Notes: generated from the sequence alone by a model not told the origin. 64,000 bases of DNA from Bacteroidales bacterium (GCA_017647795.1 JAGCJX010000031.1:1428-65427), one strand, 5' to 3'; counted from the stretch's first letter, positions 38,530 through 48,106 are shown. Made by a program: numbers and translations.

Positions 38530-39141
38530 TTATGACGAATGCAGGAAGAAGGTTGCCTCGGAAAAGTCATCTCGCTGACGGTCCGTCGGCACCATGAAGT
38601 TCACGGTACCGCAGTCGAAAAACCGAAGTCCCCATCGCTCCTCTTCATCCAGTTGCAGCAATGACATCAAGCCTTCGTTCTCGTTCTCATAGCCTTCGGT
38701 CATGGCCGGCATTCCAAGAAGTTTGAAGCCAAAATCGGTCTCAGACGTGGTTTGGAACGTTATTTCTTCGGCCTTGAGAACGGCAGGTTCGCTGTCTTCG
38801 TAGTAATATTCGTGGGTGTGCAGGTCCGAGCTGTCGTCGCTGTAAAGCACCCGGAAACTGCCGGCGGTCCATTCTCCCGAGCCGCCACAGGGCGCATCCA
38901 GGTCCCCCAGGAAATAGTCCAGATCGGCAAAGAACCAGAGCATGCCTTTGTGCGGCAATCTTCCCTCCGGATCCAATGCCGCAATCTCTTCCAGCCGGAT
39001 CTGGCAAATGAAAGTAAGTAAGGTCTCTCCATCGTCGCCACAAGGCCAATCCATTGCCTCTGGCAAATCGGGGAAGCCCCACCAGTGACTTTTTCCAGTG
39101 AGGTCTTCTGAGGTCGGTTGTATGTTGATTTTAATTGCCAT
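38530..39141 (-). CDS. DUF1963 (YwqG-like) domain protein
   Basis: Carries the motifs GKSHWWGFPDLPEAMDWP and LLTFICQIRLEE. The start is uncertain; the alternative is 39225. Confidence 0.65.
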   Translation of the reverse strand: MAIKINIQPTSEDLTGKSHWWGFPDLPEAMDWPCGDDGETLLTFICQIRLEEIAALDPEGRLPHKGMLWFFADLDYFLGDLDAPCGGSGEWTAGSFRVLYSDDSSDLHTHEYYYEDSEPAVLKAEEITFQTTSETDFGFKLLGMPAMTEGYENENEGLMSLLQLDEEERWGLRFFDCGTVNFMVPTDRQRDDFSEATFFLHSS

Positions 39142-39234
39142 TGTCTTAAGTCCATGCGTCATAACGTCCGTCATCGTCCCATTCTTCGTCCTCTTCATCG
39201 AACTCATTGATGGATTCGTCGTCAAGAAGTGTAA

Positions 39235-40170
39235 TTAATCAAACATGACACCCGGATTCATGGCCGAAGGACTCTTCCATTCAATGCCACGACGGGCCAA
39301 CGCTACTTTTTTTGCGCTCCAATAGCTGAAGCAGAAGCCCATGCCTCGTGGTTCGTCCTTCAACTGTTCGTCCACTTCTTTTTCCACCTCATAAATCACA
39401 TCTTCCCATTGTTGGGTGGCCTGAACGGGATCGACCTTGAGCATGCCTCCCAGTAGCTTCCAGCTATTGAGGGCCACTTCACTTGTCGGATTGTTGGAAA
39501 TCCAAGCGAAGTGGTAGATCCAGCGGTCGATCTGCCGGAAGTAATATTTGTCAAAGTTTTCCTGCAGGTACTCGTCAAAGTCGGATGCCAATTCAAAATC
39601 CCGGTAAATACGGTACAATTCGCACAAAGATTGGTACAGCCTGGGGGTCTCCCGTTTAACGACGTAATCATTTTCGAGGATGCATGCAATGTAATGCGCC
39701 TTGTAAACCGGATTGATCGTCGCAGAACGGAACGGCGCCACGTCCTTGAATTCGTGGATCAACTCGCGGACGAGGGGAATGTTTTTCCAGAGTTCACCGG
39801 CCTGGGTATGCTCATTCATGCGATCCACCAATTCTCCTGCATGGCTGTCGGACCACTCTTCTACGACGTCCTTGTCTTTGCTAAAAAAGAACACACACCG
39901 GCCATCAACAGAAATCCGTTCATTCGGCATCGTAAATTCCGGTGTGCCGATTACCTGCCAAGACTTGTCCAGGGTGATTGTTTTGCTCATGTAGGTAAAC
40001 ACCATCCGGTTTTCATCCAGGGACACGACGGTCAAATCGTTCCCATGGAATTTGTACACGTTCCCGGCCATCAGATCCTTGTCAGGAATGCGTTCCCAGA
40101 CTGCCTTACGATTGCCGATTCCCATGTCCCGAGAGGTCTCGATTCGGATTACATTAAAGTCCTGTTTCAT
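39235..40170 (-). CDS. hypothetical protein
   Basis: Long ORF with the conserved-looking C-terminus GMGFCFSYWSAKKVALARRGIEWKSPSAMNPGVMFD. The start is placed at MKQDF; the listed ORF extends to 40386. Confidence 0.5.
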   Translation of the reverse strand: MKQDFNVIRIETSRDMGIGNRKAVWERIPDKDLMAGNVYKFHGNDLTVVSLDENRMVFTYMSKTITLDKSWQVIGTPEFTMPNERISVDGRCVFFFSKDKDVVEEWSDSHAGELVDRMNEHTQAGELWKNIPLVRELIHEFKDVAPFRSATINPVYKAHYIACILENDYVVKRETPRLYQSLCELYRIYRDFELASDFDEYLQENFDKYYFRQIDRWIYHFAWISNNPTSEVALNSWKLLGGMLKVDPVQATQQWEDVIYEVEKEVDEQLKDEPRGMGFCFSYWSAKKVALARRGIEWKSPSAMNPGVMFD

Positions 40171-40336
40171 CCTATCCACGGATATTTTACCCACAAATCT
40201 AACATTTTTTATGAGCTTTTGCAAGAGCATTGGGCAAGGAGACCCCAAATCCAACGAGAGCCGCCAGGCAGACAACAGCTCCAATGACCGGATACAGGAG
40301 CAAGAGGTTGCGAGGCATGGAACCGCGTCTGATCGG

Positions 40337-41038
40337 TTATTTGTAGGCGATGATGGCAACGTACGATCCACGGTCATACCCTTCACAGGGGTCCTCTACC
40401 CGTTCGTGTGAATAGCAGGGGGCAGCGACCAGGGTCTGTGAAAATTCCAGGTTCTCAAATCCTGCAGCTTTCACCAGTTCAATCTTCTCGGCCGTCGTAC
40501 GCCAGTTGGCTTGTTTTACCAGTTCAATCGGGTAAGGCATTAAGGGAGAACATCCTTCCAATAACGGATGGGACCAGGTGCCGACTGAAAGGGCCAGGTT
40601 GTACAACAGTCCGTAGGCACTCTCCTTCGGAACATCGATAACAACCACCTTTCCCCCTTTTTTCAAGGCTGCATGGGCCTTGCGCAGGGCCAGTCCAAGA
40701 TCCTGCATGTAACACGGGCAACCGTTGAATAGGACCGTATCAAATTCTTCAATCCCGTAGTCCGTTTCTTCACCGGTACCGACGATCACGTCCATTCCCC
40801 GTTTGCGGGCGATTTCAGCCATCGCAGCAGAGGGTTCAATCCCTTTTTTCACCACGATGCCGTATTGGTCGGCCATGATTTTTTCGAACAATCCACTGCC
40901 ACAACCAATCGACAGTACATTGCCTGCATTCTTCAAGCAAGAGGCCACCAGTCGGACCTCGGTCTCAAGCACATTGCTGTTTTCAATAAACCATGAATCG
41001 TATTCATTGGCATAACGATCAAATCCTTGATATCCCAT
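40337..41038 (-). CDS. class I SAM-dependent methyltransferase
   Basis: Motif I VLSIGCGSG and post-I GIEPS. At 233 aa, it is the first gene downstream of riboswitch B. Confidence 0.85.
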   Translation of the reverse strand: MGYQGFDRYANEYDSWFIENSNVLETEVRLVASCLKNAGNVLSIGCGSGLFEKIMADQYGIVVKKGIEPSAAMAEIARKRGMDVIVGTGEETDYGIEEFDTVLFNGCPCYMQDLGLALRKAHAALKKGGKVVVIDVPKESAYGLLYNLALSVGTWSHPLLEGCSPLMPYPIELVKQANWRTTAEKIELVKAAGFENLEFSQTLVAAPCYSHERVEDPCEGYDRGSYVAIIAYK

Positions 41039-41043
41039 CGTAT

Positions 41044-41081
41044 TAAAAAATTAAAGCCACATTCCATCATGGAATACGGCC
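41044..41081 (-). terminator. intrinsic-terminator expression platform of riboswitch B
   Basis: The minus strand reads GCCGTATTCCAT-G-ATGGAATGTGGC, a stem of about 10 bp including GU pairs, followed by TTTAATTTTTT. It lies between the aptamer and the ATG. Confidence 0.55.
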
Positions 41082-41114
41082 TATTATCAATAAAATATAG
41101 TTTAGAAATAAGGT

Positions 41115-41199
41115 ACCGTTTCCCTGCGCTGTCATTATACATATCAGGTTCATAGGGTATAATCTCAGCCAAGCCTCGTGGGCCCAGCACCCCTAACTG
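41115..41199 (-). promoter_or_regulatory. TPP (THI-box) riboswitch B
   Basis: Has the same conserved blocks as riboswitch A, with 56 consecutive identical nt (41115..41170 vs 9351..9406). A TATATTTG box lies at 41205..41212. Confidence 0.85.
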
Positions 41200-41298
41200 T
41201 CACGCAAATATACAAATTTTTCCTTAGGGAAACTCCATGGTTACTTGTAATTCTAAACAAAATCGCATATTTTTGGCCAAATAGAATAAATTTTGAAG

Positions 41299-41586
41299 AT
41301 GAACTTTACCGGACTGCTAGTGGGTCTATCCACCTTCTTAATCATCGGACTTTTCCATCCGCTGGTCGTAAAAGCGGAATATTACATGGGTGTCAGAAGC
41401 TGGATCCTGTTTGCCCTTGCTGGCGTACTTTTTGCGATTGCTTCTTTGTGGGTCAGTGACTTGATTGGATCAACCCTCCTGGGCGTACTTGCCTTCTCGT
41501 CCTTCTGGAGCATCCTGGAAGTGATCCATCAGCGGGAACGCGTACAAAAAGGCTGGTTCCCCGAAGGACCCGGACATAAGAAATAA
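41299..41586 (+). CDS. DUF4491-family small membrane protein
   Basis: The sequence MNFTGLLVGLSTFLIIGLFHPLVVKAEYYMG...QRERVQKGWFP is a paralog of 28618..28941. Confidence 0.75.
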   Translation: MNFTGLLVGLSTFLIIGLFHPLVVKAEYYMGVRSWILFALAGVLFAIASLWVSDLIGSTLLGVLAFSSFWSILEVIHQRERVQKGWFPEGPGHKK

Positions 41587-41601
41587 AAACACGAACGAAC
41601 G

Positions 41602-42210
41602 ATGAAACTGTATCGATTTATAGTGGCAGTGATGCTATCCATTTCCTTTGTGACCCTCGCGTCTGCGGAGGAAAAGAAACTAATCAAAGGATTCTCCGGC
41701 GGTATGATGGTCCACAGCGGCTATCAGTATGGCGGTGACAATCCCTACAACTTGAACATCAGCAGCCCTACTTTCGGGATTGGTGGTTGCGCCAAACTCC
41801 ACCTCTCGAAGCATTTTAGAGCAGGATTCGAAGGCTATTTTTCTACCGCACCCATCAGCAAGGGTGTTCAAAGTGGCAGCCACAACAAACTGTTCTGGAC
41901 CGGCGCTCTGGCGGAATGCTATTGGCAAACAGGAAAATGGATTCCCTACCTCGGAGCCACGCTGGGTGGCGGTATGGAAACCTCTTTCTATCTGTTTGAA
42001 GGCGACAAACACGATTGGGAATTGGAACAGGTATCTGTGTTTCACAAACAACCGTTTTTTGTGGTCGATCCCTATGTAGGCATCGAATACATCGTCGGGA
42101 AAGCCCTACGCCTCACCTTGAAAGCCGATTGGGTACTTGCATTGAACTCGGACGGTCTGAACAGACCCATGGGACCTCGTATCTATTTTGGCTTTATCTT
42201 CGCGCACTAG
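41602..42210 (+). CDS. small outer-membrane beta-barrel protein
   Basis: Signal peptide, motif GFSGGMMVHSGY and C-terminus IYFGFIFAH. This is the intact version of remnant 28905..29118. Confidence 0.65.
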   Translation: MKLYRFIVAVMLSISFVTLASAEEKKLIKGFSGGMMVHSGYQYGGDNPYNLNISSPTFGIGGCAKLHLSKHFRAGFEGYFSTAPISKGVQSGSHNKLFWTGALAECYWQTGKWIPYLGATLGGGMETSFYLFEGDKHDWELEQVSVFHKQPFFVVDPYVGIEYIVGKALRLTLKADWVLALNSDGLNRPMGPRIYFGFIFAH

Positions 42211-42289
42211 CATGATTTCAGACATTCTCAAGCATACCCTGATCATCGGCCTCGTAGCCCTGGGCTATGTTTTGACAAAATAAAAGAAT

Positions 42290-44125
42290 CTATCGCTTGG
42301 AAGACCAGTCCAACAGGCATTCGCCTCGGGTGTTGAGCACCCGGATTGTTAGTTCGTCGCCGGTTTTGGTGAGTACCATCACCGTAGCATTGTCCATTCC
42401 CTTACCGCCACCGATGATGACCGGATAATTGTTTTCCGAGGTTCCTTTCGGATGGAAGGCAAAATGGTGAGTATGACCGTGGATGGCTACATCAAAACGG
42501 GCATCGTCCAAAAGCGGCCGCCACAAGGGCTCGCAAAGGTTTTCGCCCAACATTCCATAGATGGGAATGTGGTGGAACAAAATCCGTTTTTCGGCTCGGC
42601 GGAAGGCCTTGGAATCCAATTCTTCTTCCAAAAAAGTCACCTGTTCCTGGCGCAGGCTGGTAAAATCATTCAGACCAGAATATTCGGGGTGGTCATCGGG
42701 TTTGTCCTCCCCACAATCGAGCATTACGATGCGGGTATCACCCCAGTTGAAGGCTCCGTAGGTTCTTCCACCGGCATAATCCAAGTGTTTCCGCAAGCCG
42801 ATGGAATAGGCGTTGCGAATCTCGTGGTTGCCACGGATGAAAATGGTGGGAATACTGCTTCCATTGACGGTTTCGGTCAGGACTTTCAGGGTCTCGGTTA
42901 CTTGTTCGTGGTCCTTCGGATCGTCGATGCAGTCCCCGTTGAAGATGACAAAATCATAATCAACCCCTTGGACCTGAGCATACAACGCCTGAAACAGGTC
43001 CTTGCGTTGGTGCAGGTCGTTGAAAACAAGGACGGTAAAATGGTCTACATCTTCAGCCGGAGTTTCGAATGAATAAAACGGTGAAACAGCCGTATTGCCA
43101 TAAATCTTGTGATAACCTCCGTAATACAGGATCTCTTGCGAGCAGACCCGGTAATAGTAACGCTGCCCCGGATCCAGGTCGTTCAACCGGATTTTGTGGA
43201 TGGACTCATTGAACTCGACCTGACCGTCCACCAGGCAGCGGACGCGTTGCAGCTGTGTGGTGTCGGTACCGTATTCCACCCAACTGTGTGCTGGAATGAC
43301 GGTTTCCCACAGGACAGTCATACCCCGATTGGTCGGATTTTGCAAGTAAGGTTGGGTCCGGAAAAGTTCCTCAGCCGGAAGGGCCGTCCGCAGCAGGACA
43401 GAAACCGGACGGTGGTCCGAGGCCAGGGGTTCTTCCAGGACTTCCCGGGTTACCCAATCCAATTTCGGGGCACTGTCTTTCCAGACTGAGATGTAATCCA
43501 AGGTCCGGTCTGGAAGGGGTGCTGGAAAGGTCTGTGCACGAACATCGTTCAAGATGCGGAAGTTCTCCTGGAATTCTTCTAGGAAGACAGAGCCCGGCAC
43601 ATCATTCAGATCTCCAGCCAGGTAGAAGGGTTTGGTTGTGTTTTGGGCCAGGTTGGCAACGATCTCCAACGAGGCCATCCGATCGGCTTCGGTGAGGGAG
43701 AAATGCGTGCAGGCAAAAACATAGTCTTCAAATTCAGCCACCAAAATCGCCCGTTTTTCCTCGGCACCCGGCAGCGGATAACCTTGGACCGCCAAGGGCT
43801 TTTCTTTGGACAAAATGCCAATGCCGTACTTGCCTCCATCAAAATCAATGGCGGGGAAATAGGCCGAATGCAGGTCGGTGTATTGTGCAATCTCCTCCAG
43901 GACATATTTCTGACCGTAACGTTGGGTCATGCTGTCCAGTTCCTGTACGGCCACCAAATCCGGATTCTCATTCCGGATCACTCGCGCAATCCGTCTGCAA
44001 TCCATAACGTTGTCCATCCCTTTTGCATTGCGCACGTTGTAGGACATGATTTTGATATAATCCTGGGCAGGAACAACGGTTGCACCCACCAATAAACAGG
44101 TCAGGAGGAGGAGGATTTTTTTCAT
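42290..44125 (-). CDS. secreted fusion of an endonuclease/exonuclease/phosphatase (EEP) domain and a purple-acid-phosphatase-like metallophosphoesterase
   Basis: Signal peptide. The EEP domain has IMSYNVRN and LVAVQELD. An FN3-like linker carries PYLQNPT...YYYRV. The metallophosphoesterase (MPE) domain motifs are GDCID, GNHE and HGHTH. Confidence 0.8.
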   Translation of the reverse strand: MKKILLLLTCLLVGATVVPAQDYIKIMSYNVRNAKGMDNVMDCRRIARVIRNENPDLVAVQELDSMTQRYGQKYVLEEIAQYTDLHSAYFPAIDFDGGKYGIGILSKEKPLAVQGYPLPGAEEKRAILVAEFEDYVFACTHFSLTEADRMASLEIVANLAQNTTKPFYLAGDLNDVPGSVFLEEFQENFRILNDVRAQTFPAPLPDRTLDYISVWKDSAPKLDWVTREVLEEPLASDHRPVSVLLRTALPAEELFRTQPYLQNPTNRGMTVLWETVIPAHSWVEYGTDTTQLQRVRCLVDGQVEFNESIHKIRLNDLDPGQRYYYRVCSQEILYYGGYHKIYGNTAVSPFYSFETPAEDVDHFTVLVFNDLHQRKDLFQALYAQVQGVDYDFVIFNGDCIDDPKDHEQVTETLKVLTETVNGSSIPTIFIRGNHEIRNAYSIGLRKHLDYAGGRTYGAFNWGDTRIVMLDCGEDKPDDHPEYSGLNDFTSLRQEQVTFLEEELDSKAFRRAEKRILFHHIPIYGMLGENLCEPLWRPLLDDARFDVAIHGHTHHFAFHPKGTSENNYPVIIGGGKGMDNATVMVLTKTGDELTIRVLNTRGECLLDWSSKR

Positions 44126-44150
44126 AAACGGGGGACTGAAGGGTCGTACA

Positions 44151-44951
44151 TTAACGGAAGAAATGGTTCACCGGGCCGTGGCCGTGGCCAATCTCGTATT
44201 TTGCACCGGAGATGATGGCTTGGGCAATGTAGTTCTTGGCGGATACGGCTGCCTGGGTCAAGCCCTCGCCCTTGGCCAATGCGGCAGCAAATGCTGAGGA
44301 CAAGGTACAGCCGGTGCCGTGGGTATTCTTCGTATAAACGCGTTTGGAAGGAAGCAAGGTGGCTGTTCCATCCTCTGCATTGTAGAAATAATCCACCAAG
44401 TCATCGCCCGTAAGGTGACCGGCCTTCAAGAGGACAGATGCCTGGCAACGGGATGAGAGTTGGGCGGCAATGGCTTCGAACTGGTCTTCGGAAGCAATGG
44501 TACAACCGGCCAGGATTTCCGCCTCCGGAATGTTCGGCGTGATGACCCGGGCCAAAGGCATGAGCCGGGTTTTGAGGGCTTCTATGGCCTCTTCTTCAAT
44601 CAACCGGTGGCCGGAAGTCGATACCATCACCGGATCAAGAACGACATTCCGGATGCCATATTGTTCAATCTTGGAAGCCACTACCTCTACGACAGCAGCC
44701 GAATGCAACATCCCAATTTTTACAGCGTCAGCGCCAATGTCGGAGAGGACAGCATCAATCTGGCCTGCTAAAATGTCCAACGGAATGGGGTGTACAGCTT
44801 GTACGCCCACGGTATTCTGTACGGTCACAGCCGTAATCGCCGAAGCGGCAAAACAGCCCATCGCACTGATGGCCTTGATGTCGGCTTGGATGCCGGCTCC
44901 ACCACCCGAGTCGCTGCCCGCGATGGTCAAAACTTTATGATATTGTTTCAT
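44151..44951 (-). CDS. thiD: hydroxymethylpyrimidine/phosphomethylpyrimidine kinase
   Basis: Carries the motifs IAGSDSGGGAGIQADIK and HGTGCTLSSA. Confidence 0.95.
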   Translation of the reverse strand: MKQYHKVLTIAGSDSGGGAGIQADIKAISAMGCFAASAITAVTVQNTVGVQAVHPIPLDILAGQIDAVLSDIGADAVKIGMLHSAAVVEVVASKIEQYGIRNVVLDPVMVSTSGHRLIEEEAIEALKTRLMPLARVITPNIPEAEILAGCTIASEDQFEAIAAQLSSRCQASVLLKAGHLTGDDLVDYFYNAEDGTATLLPSKRVYTKNTHGTGCTLSSAFAAALAKGEGLTQAAVSAKNYIAQAIISGAKYEIGHGHGPVNHFFR

Positions 44952-44952
44952 C

Positions 44953-45903
44953 TTAAAAATGTCTGAATCCTACATAATCTTTTGCTCCGCCCACCCACGT
45001 GAGTGCATTTCCGGCCACAATCCGGCCAATGCGATGGTGAGGTACGGTTAATTGTTCGGCTTGTTCAGGAGACAAGGTGAACAAGAGTTCGTAGTCTTCT
45101 CCCCCACTCAAAGCCAATTCCAAGGGGTCCCAGCCAAAGTCGGCACATTTCTTTTGCATCACTTCGGATACGGGGATCGATCGCAAATCCACTTCTGCAC
45201 CCACGCCCGATGCCTTCAAAATGTGGCGCAGGTCGGAACCAATGCCGTCGGAAATATCCATCATGGCGTGTACGCCCGCAGCAGCCAAGGCCATCCCTTC
45301 ACGGATGCGGGGCCGGGGCAGGTAATGTCGGTCCACCAACCACTGGCCCGCTTCGTCCAAGGGTTTCTGTTGGAGGATGTGTTGCAAGCCGGCAGCAGAA
45401 TCACCCAGCGGTCCGGTGACACAAATCCAGTCACCGACCTTCGCCCCATTTCGTTTTACCGAGGTACCTGAAGGCATTTCCCCAAGAACGGTGACGTTGA
45501 TGCAAAGACGATCGGGACTGGTGGTCGTATCACCTCCCAGCAACGGGCAATCGTACAAGGCAGAAAGTTCCTTATAACCTCGAAAAAAATCCTCGATCCA
45601 AGCTTGTTGCAAGCCTTTGGGCAAGGCAAACGACAGGAAAGAACCGACGCACCGCCCCCCCATCGCTGCCAGATCGCTGATGTTCACGGCAGCGGACTTC
45701 CAGCCCAATTGGTAGGGCGTGATGTGGTCCATCAAAAAATGACTGCCTTCAACCAACATATCCGTGCTAACCAAGGTCTCGCGACCGGTCTGCTGCGGAA
45801 TGATGGCACAGTCATCGCCGATGCCCGTTATCCCTTCCGGCACTTGAATGCCTGCCTGGATGTGCTCAATCAGGCCAAATTCTCCCCAACTTTTTAGATC
45901 CAT
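44953..45903 (-). CDS. thiL: thiamine-monophosphate kinase
   Basis: AIR-synthase-like fold with the motifs GIGDDCAI and GGDT. Confidence 0.9.
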   Translation of the reverse strand: MDLKSWGEFGLIEHIQAGIQVPEGITGIGDDCAIIPQQTGRETLVSTDMLVEGSHFLMDHITPYQLGWKSAAVNISDLAAMGGRCVGSFLSFALPKGLQQAWIEDFFRGYKELSALYDCPLLGGDTTTSPDRLCINVTVLGEMPSGTSVKRNGAKVGDWICVTGPLGDSAAGLQHILQQKPLDEAGQWLVDRHYLPRPRIREGMALAAAGVHAMMDISDGIGSDLRHILKASGVGAEVDLRSIPVSEVMQKKCADFGWDPLELALSGGEDYELLFTLSPEQAEQLTVPHHRIGRIVAGNALTWVGGAKDYVGFRHF

Positions 45904-47213
45904 CCCTCCAACGAGTCTGCGTATTCGTAACCTTTGTTTTCTCCGTAATAGCCGTAATCCCAGAAGGCATATTCGTACAACGCGGCACGAAGGTATACCC
46001 GGTTCATTTCTTCCAGGGTTTGCGCATCAGCTTCCAAAGCCCATGCATCCATGATGTCCAGGACGGTGTTTACCCCTTCGGTAAACGCTTCGTTGCCGTA
46101 TTCCAGAATCCACTCTTTATAGGGGTTGCCTTCGAGTTTTGCTTGGGCAAGGATTTCCAGTCCGACACGGTTGTAAATCCACATACAAGGCAACATCACC
46201 GCCAAGGAGGCGTATTTATTGCCACTTTGAATGGTTTCTTGGATCAGACGGTTGTAGCCCTCTGTAACGACCGATGCGTTGACTTGGATGTCCATGCCGT
46301 AGCGTTCAATCAGCAATTCGTGCATGGCTTTCTCCCCTTCCATCCCGCTTTGGGCAAAGGCCACAAACAACTCGCGGTCCGCGTCGTTGTCCATCATATC
46401 AGCCAGCGCCATCATGTTGCGGTAGTAATTCCCCAGATAAATCTCGTCTTGGGCAATGTAACGGCCGAAAATCTCCATGCTCAAGCTGCCATCGGCCAGC
46501 TCTTTGAGAAAGTCCAAGGTCAGGATCTCGCGGTAAATGCGGCTGGAAGTGCGCCAGATTTGCTGGCACCAGCTCGGACGGGCATGGGTTTCTACAATTT
46601 CCTTCAGGGCTTGTGTTGCCGCAGTGATGTCCTCTGCCGAAGAAATGGCACTGACCACAGCGATGCCGTCGCATCCGGTTGCAACCACTGCCCCGGCCGT
46701 ACTTTGGTTCATTCCCCCAATGGCTACCGTCGGATGGGCCGAAAGCCGGACGGCTTCCTTCAAACCCTCCAGCCCAAAGGGAGCTGCCGTATCCGTTTTG
46801 GTCGGAGTACCGTACACCGGTGAAATACCGACATAATCAACATCCAGTTCATTCGCCATCAACAAATCCCCGATGTTTTCCACGGAGAGGCCAATGATTT
46901 TATCCGGCCCCATCAGGCGACGTACATCGGCATAATCCATGTCCGACTGGCCAATGTGAACCCCAGCAGCATCCACTGCCAAGGCTACGTCAACACGGTC
47001 GTTGATGATGAGGGGTACTCCCGCCGGTTCTAAGACGGATTTTACACGACGCGCCAGCTCCACAAACTCCCCGGTCGGGGTATCTTTTTCACGCAACTGC
47101 ACCATCGTCACGCCCCCGGCCACCGCTTTGGAGATGACTTCTTCCAAAGAACGTCCCAAAGACAAGGAACGGTCCGTCACCAAGTATAATTTTAATAACT
47201 CTTTAATTTCCAT
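45894..47213 (-). CDS. thiE: fusion of thiamine-phosphate synthase (ThiE) and TenA-type thiaminase II
   Basis: The N-terminal half has ThiE motifs (LYLVTD, VQLREKD, IINDRVD, AIGG). The C-terminal half has TenA motifs, including the catalytic-Cys context MLPCMWIY. Confidence 0.85.
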   Translation of the reverse strand: MEIKELLKLYLVTDRSLSLGRSLEEVISKAVAGGVTMVQLREKDTPTGEFVELARRVKSVLEPAGVPLIINDRVDVALAVDAAGVHIGQSDMDYADVRRLMGPDKIIGLSVENIGDLLMANELDVDYVGISPVYGTPTKTDTAAPFGLEGLKEAVRLSAHPTVAIGGMNQSTAGAVVATGCDGIAVVSAISSAEDITAATQALKEIVETHARPSWCQQIWRTSSRIYREILTLDFLKELADGSLSMEIFGRYIAQDEIYLGNYYRNMMALADMMDNDADRELFVAFAQSGMEGEKAMHELLIERYGMDIQVNASVVTEGYNRLIQETIQSGNKYASLAVMLPCMWIYNRVGLEILAQAKLEGNPYKEWILEYGNEAFTEGVNTVLDIMDAWALEADAQTLEEMNRVYLRAALYEYAFWDYGYYGENKGYEYADSLEGWI

Positions 47214-47236
47214 TATGTATAACAAATATGTTTTAC

Positions 47237-48022
47237 TTAAATATCGGCTTCTTTCAAACGGTATAGCTCATCCAGGAAGTGGATTTGCATCGAACCATTG
47301 CCCCGAGCCAGAGCGGCAGCCCGTTCGCCGGCCAAACTCATCACGGCCATGGCCGCTGTAGCCGCTTCCATCGGATCTGCGACAACGGCAGCAAATGCGC
47401 CCACGAGGGCTGTAGAGGTACAACCCATGCCGGTTACAGCCGTCATGATGGGGTGTCCGCCTTCGACCGTATGAACCCGCGTTCCGTTGGTGATGTAGTC
47501 CGTTTCACCACTGATTACCACGACGGCACCGGTCTCCAATGCAAGGATTTTGGCGGCCTCCAAGGCATCGTGGCTCGTCGCACTGCTATCTACCCCTTTG
47601 CTGCGGATGTCGGAGTTGACCAAGGCCATGATTTCACTGCCGTTTCCCCGGATGATGGTGGGATGGCAACGACGGATGAGTTCCCAGGCCGTTGCTGTCC
47701 GTTGGCTCGTTGCTCCGGCCCCGACGGGATCCAGAACAATCGGGGTTCCACGACGGGATGCGGCAAGTCCAGCCGCCAACATGCCTTCGATCCATTGGGT
47801 ATCCAAGGTACCGATGTTGATGACCAGCGCACCCGCAATGGCGGTCATTTCTTCCATCTCATCGACCCAATGGGCCATGACAGGAGACGCACCAATGGCC
47901 AAAAGCGCATTAGCTGAATTGTTCATAACTACGTAATTGGTAATGTTGTGCACGAGAGGACCCTGGGCCCTCACTGATGCAATCGCTGCCCGAAGAGCAG
48001 CTTGCGAAATGGATGTTTTCAT
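47237..48022 (-). CDS. thiM: hydroxyethylthiazole kinase
   Basis: Carries the ThiM motifs VHNITNYVVMN, IRGNGSEI and TGMGC. Confidence 0.9.
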   Translation of the reverse strand: MKTSISQAALRAAIASVRAQGPLVHNITNYVVMNNSANALLAIGASPVMAHWVDEMEEMTAIAGALVINIGTLDTQWIEGMLAAGLAASRRGTPIVLDPVGAGATSQRTATAWELIRRCHPTIIRGNGSEIMALVNSDIRSKGVDSSATSHDALEAAKILALETGAVVVISGETDYITNGTRVHTVEGGHPIMTAVTGMGCTSTALVGAFAAVVADPMEAATAAMAVMSLAGERAAALARGNGSMQIHFLDELYRLKEADI

Positions 48023-48025
48023 AAT

Positions 48026-48106
48026 TGTTTCCCTGCGCTGTTATTAAACATATCAGGTTCGAGGGTATGATCTCAGCCAAGCAAACGTGCTCAGCACCCC
48101 TAACAG
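48026..48106 (-). promoter_or_regulatory. TPP (THI-box) riboswitch C
   Basis: The minus strand reads GGGGTGCTGAGC..GCTGAGATCATACCCTCGAACCTGATATGTTTAATAACAGCGCAGGGAAACAATT. The aptamer's 3' end abuts the thiM ATG. A TACATTTG box lies at 48112..48119. Confidence 0.85.
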
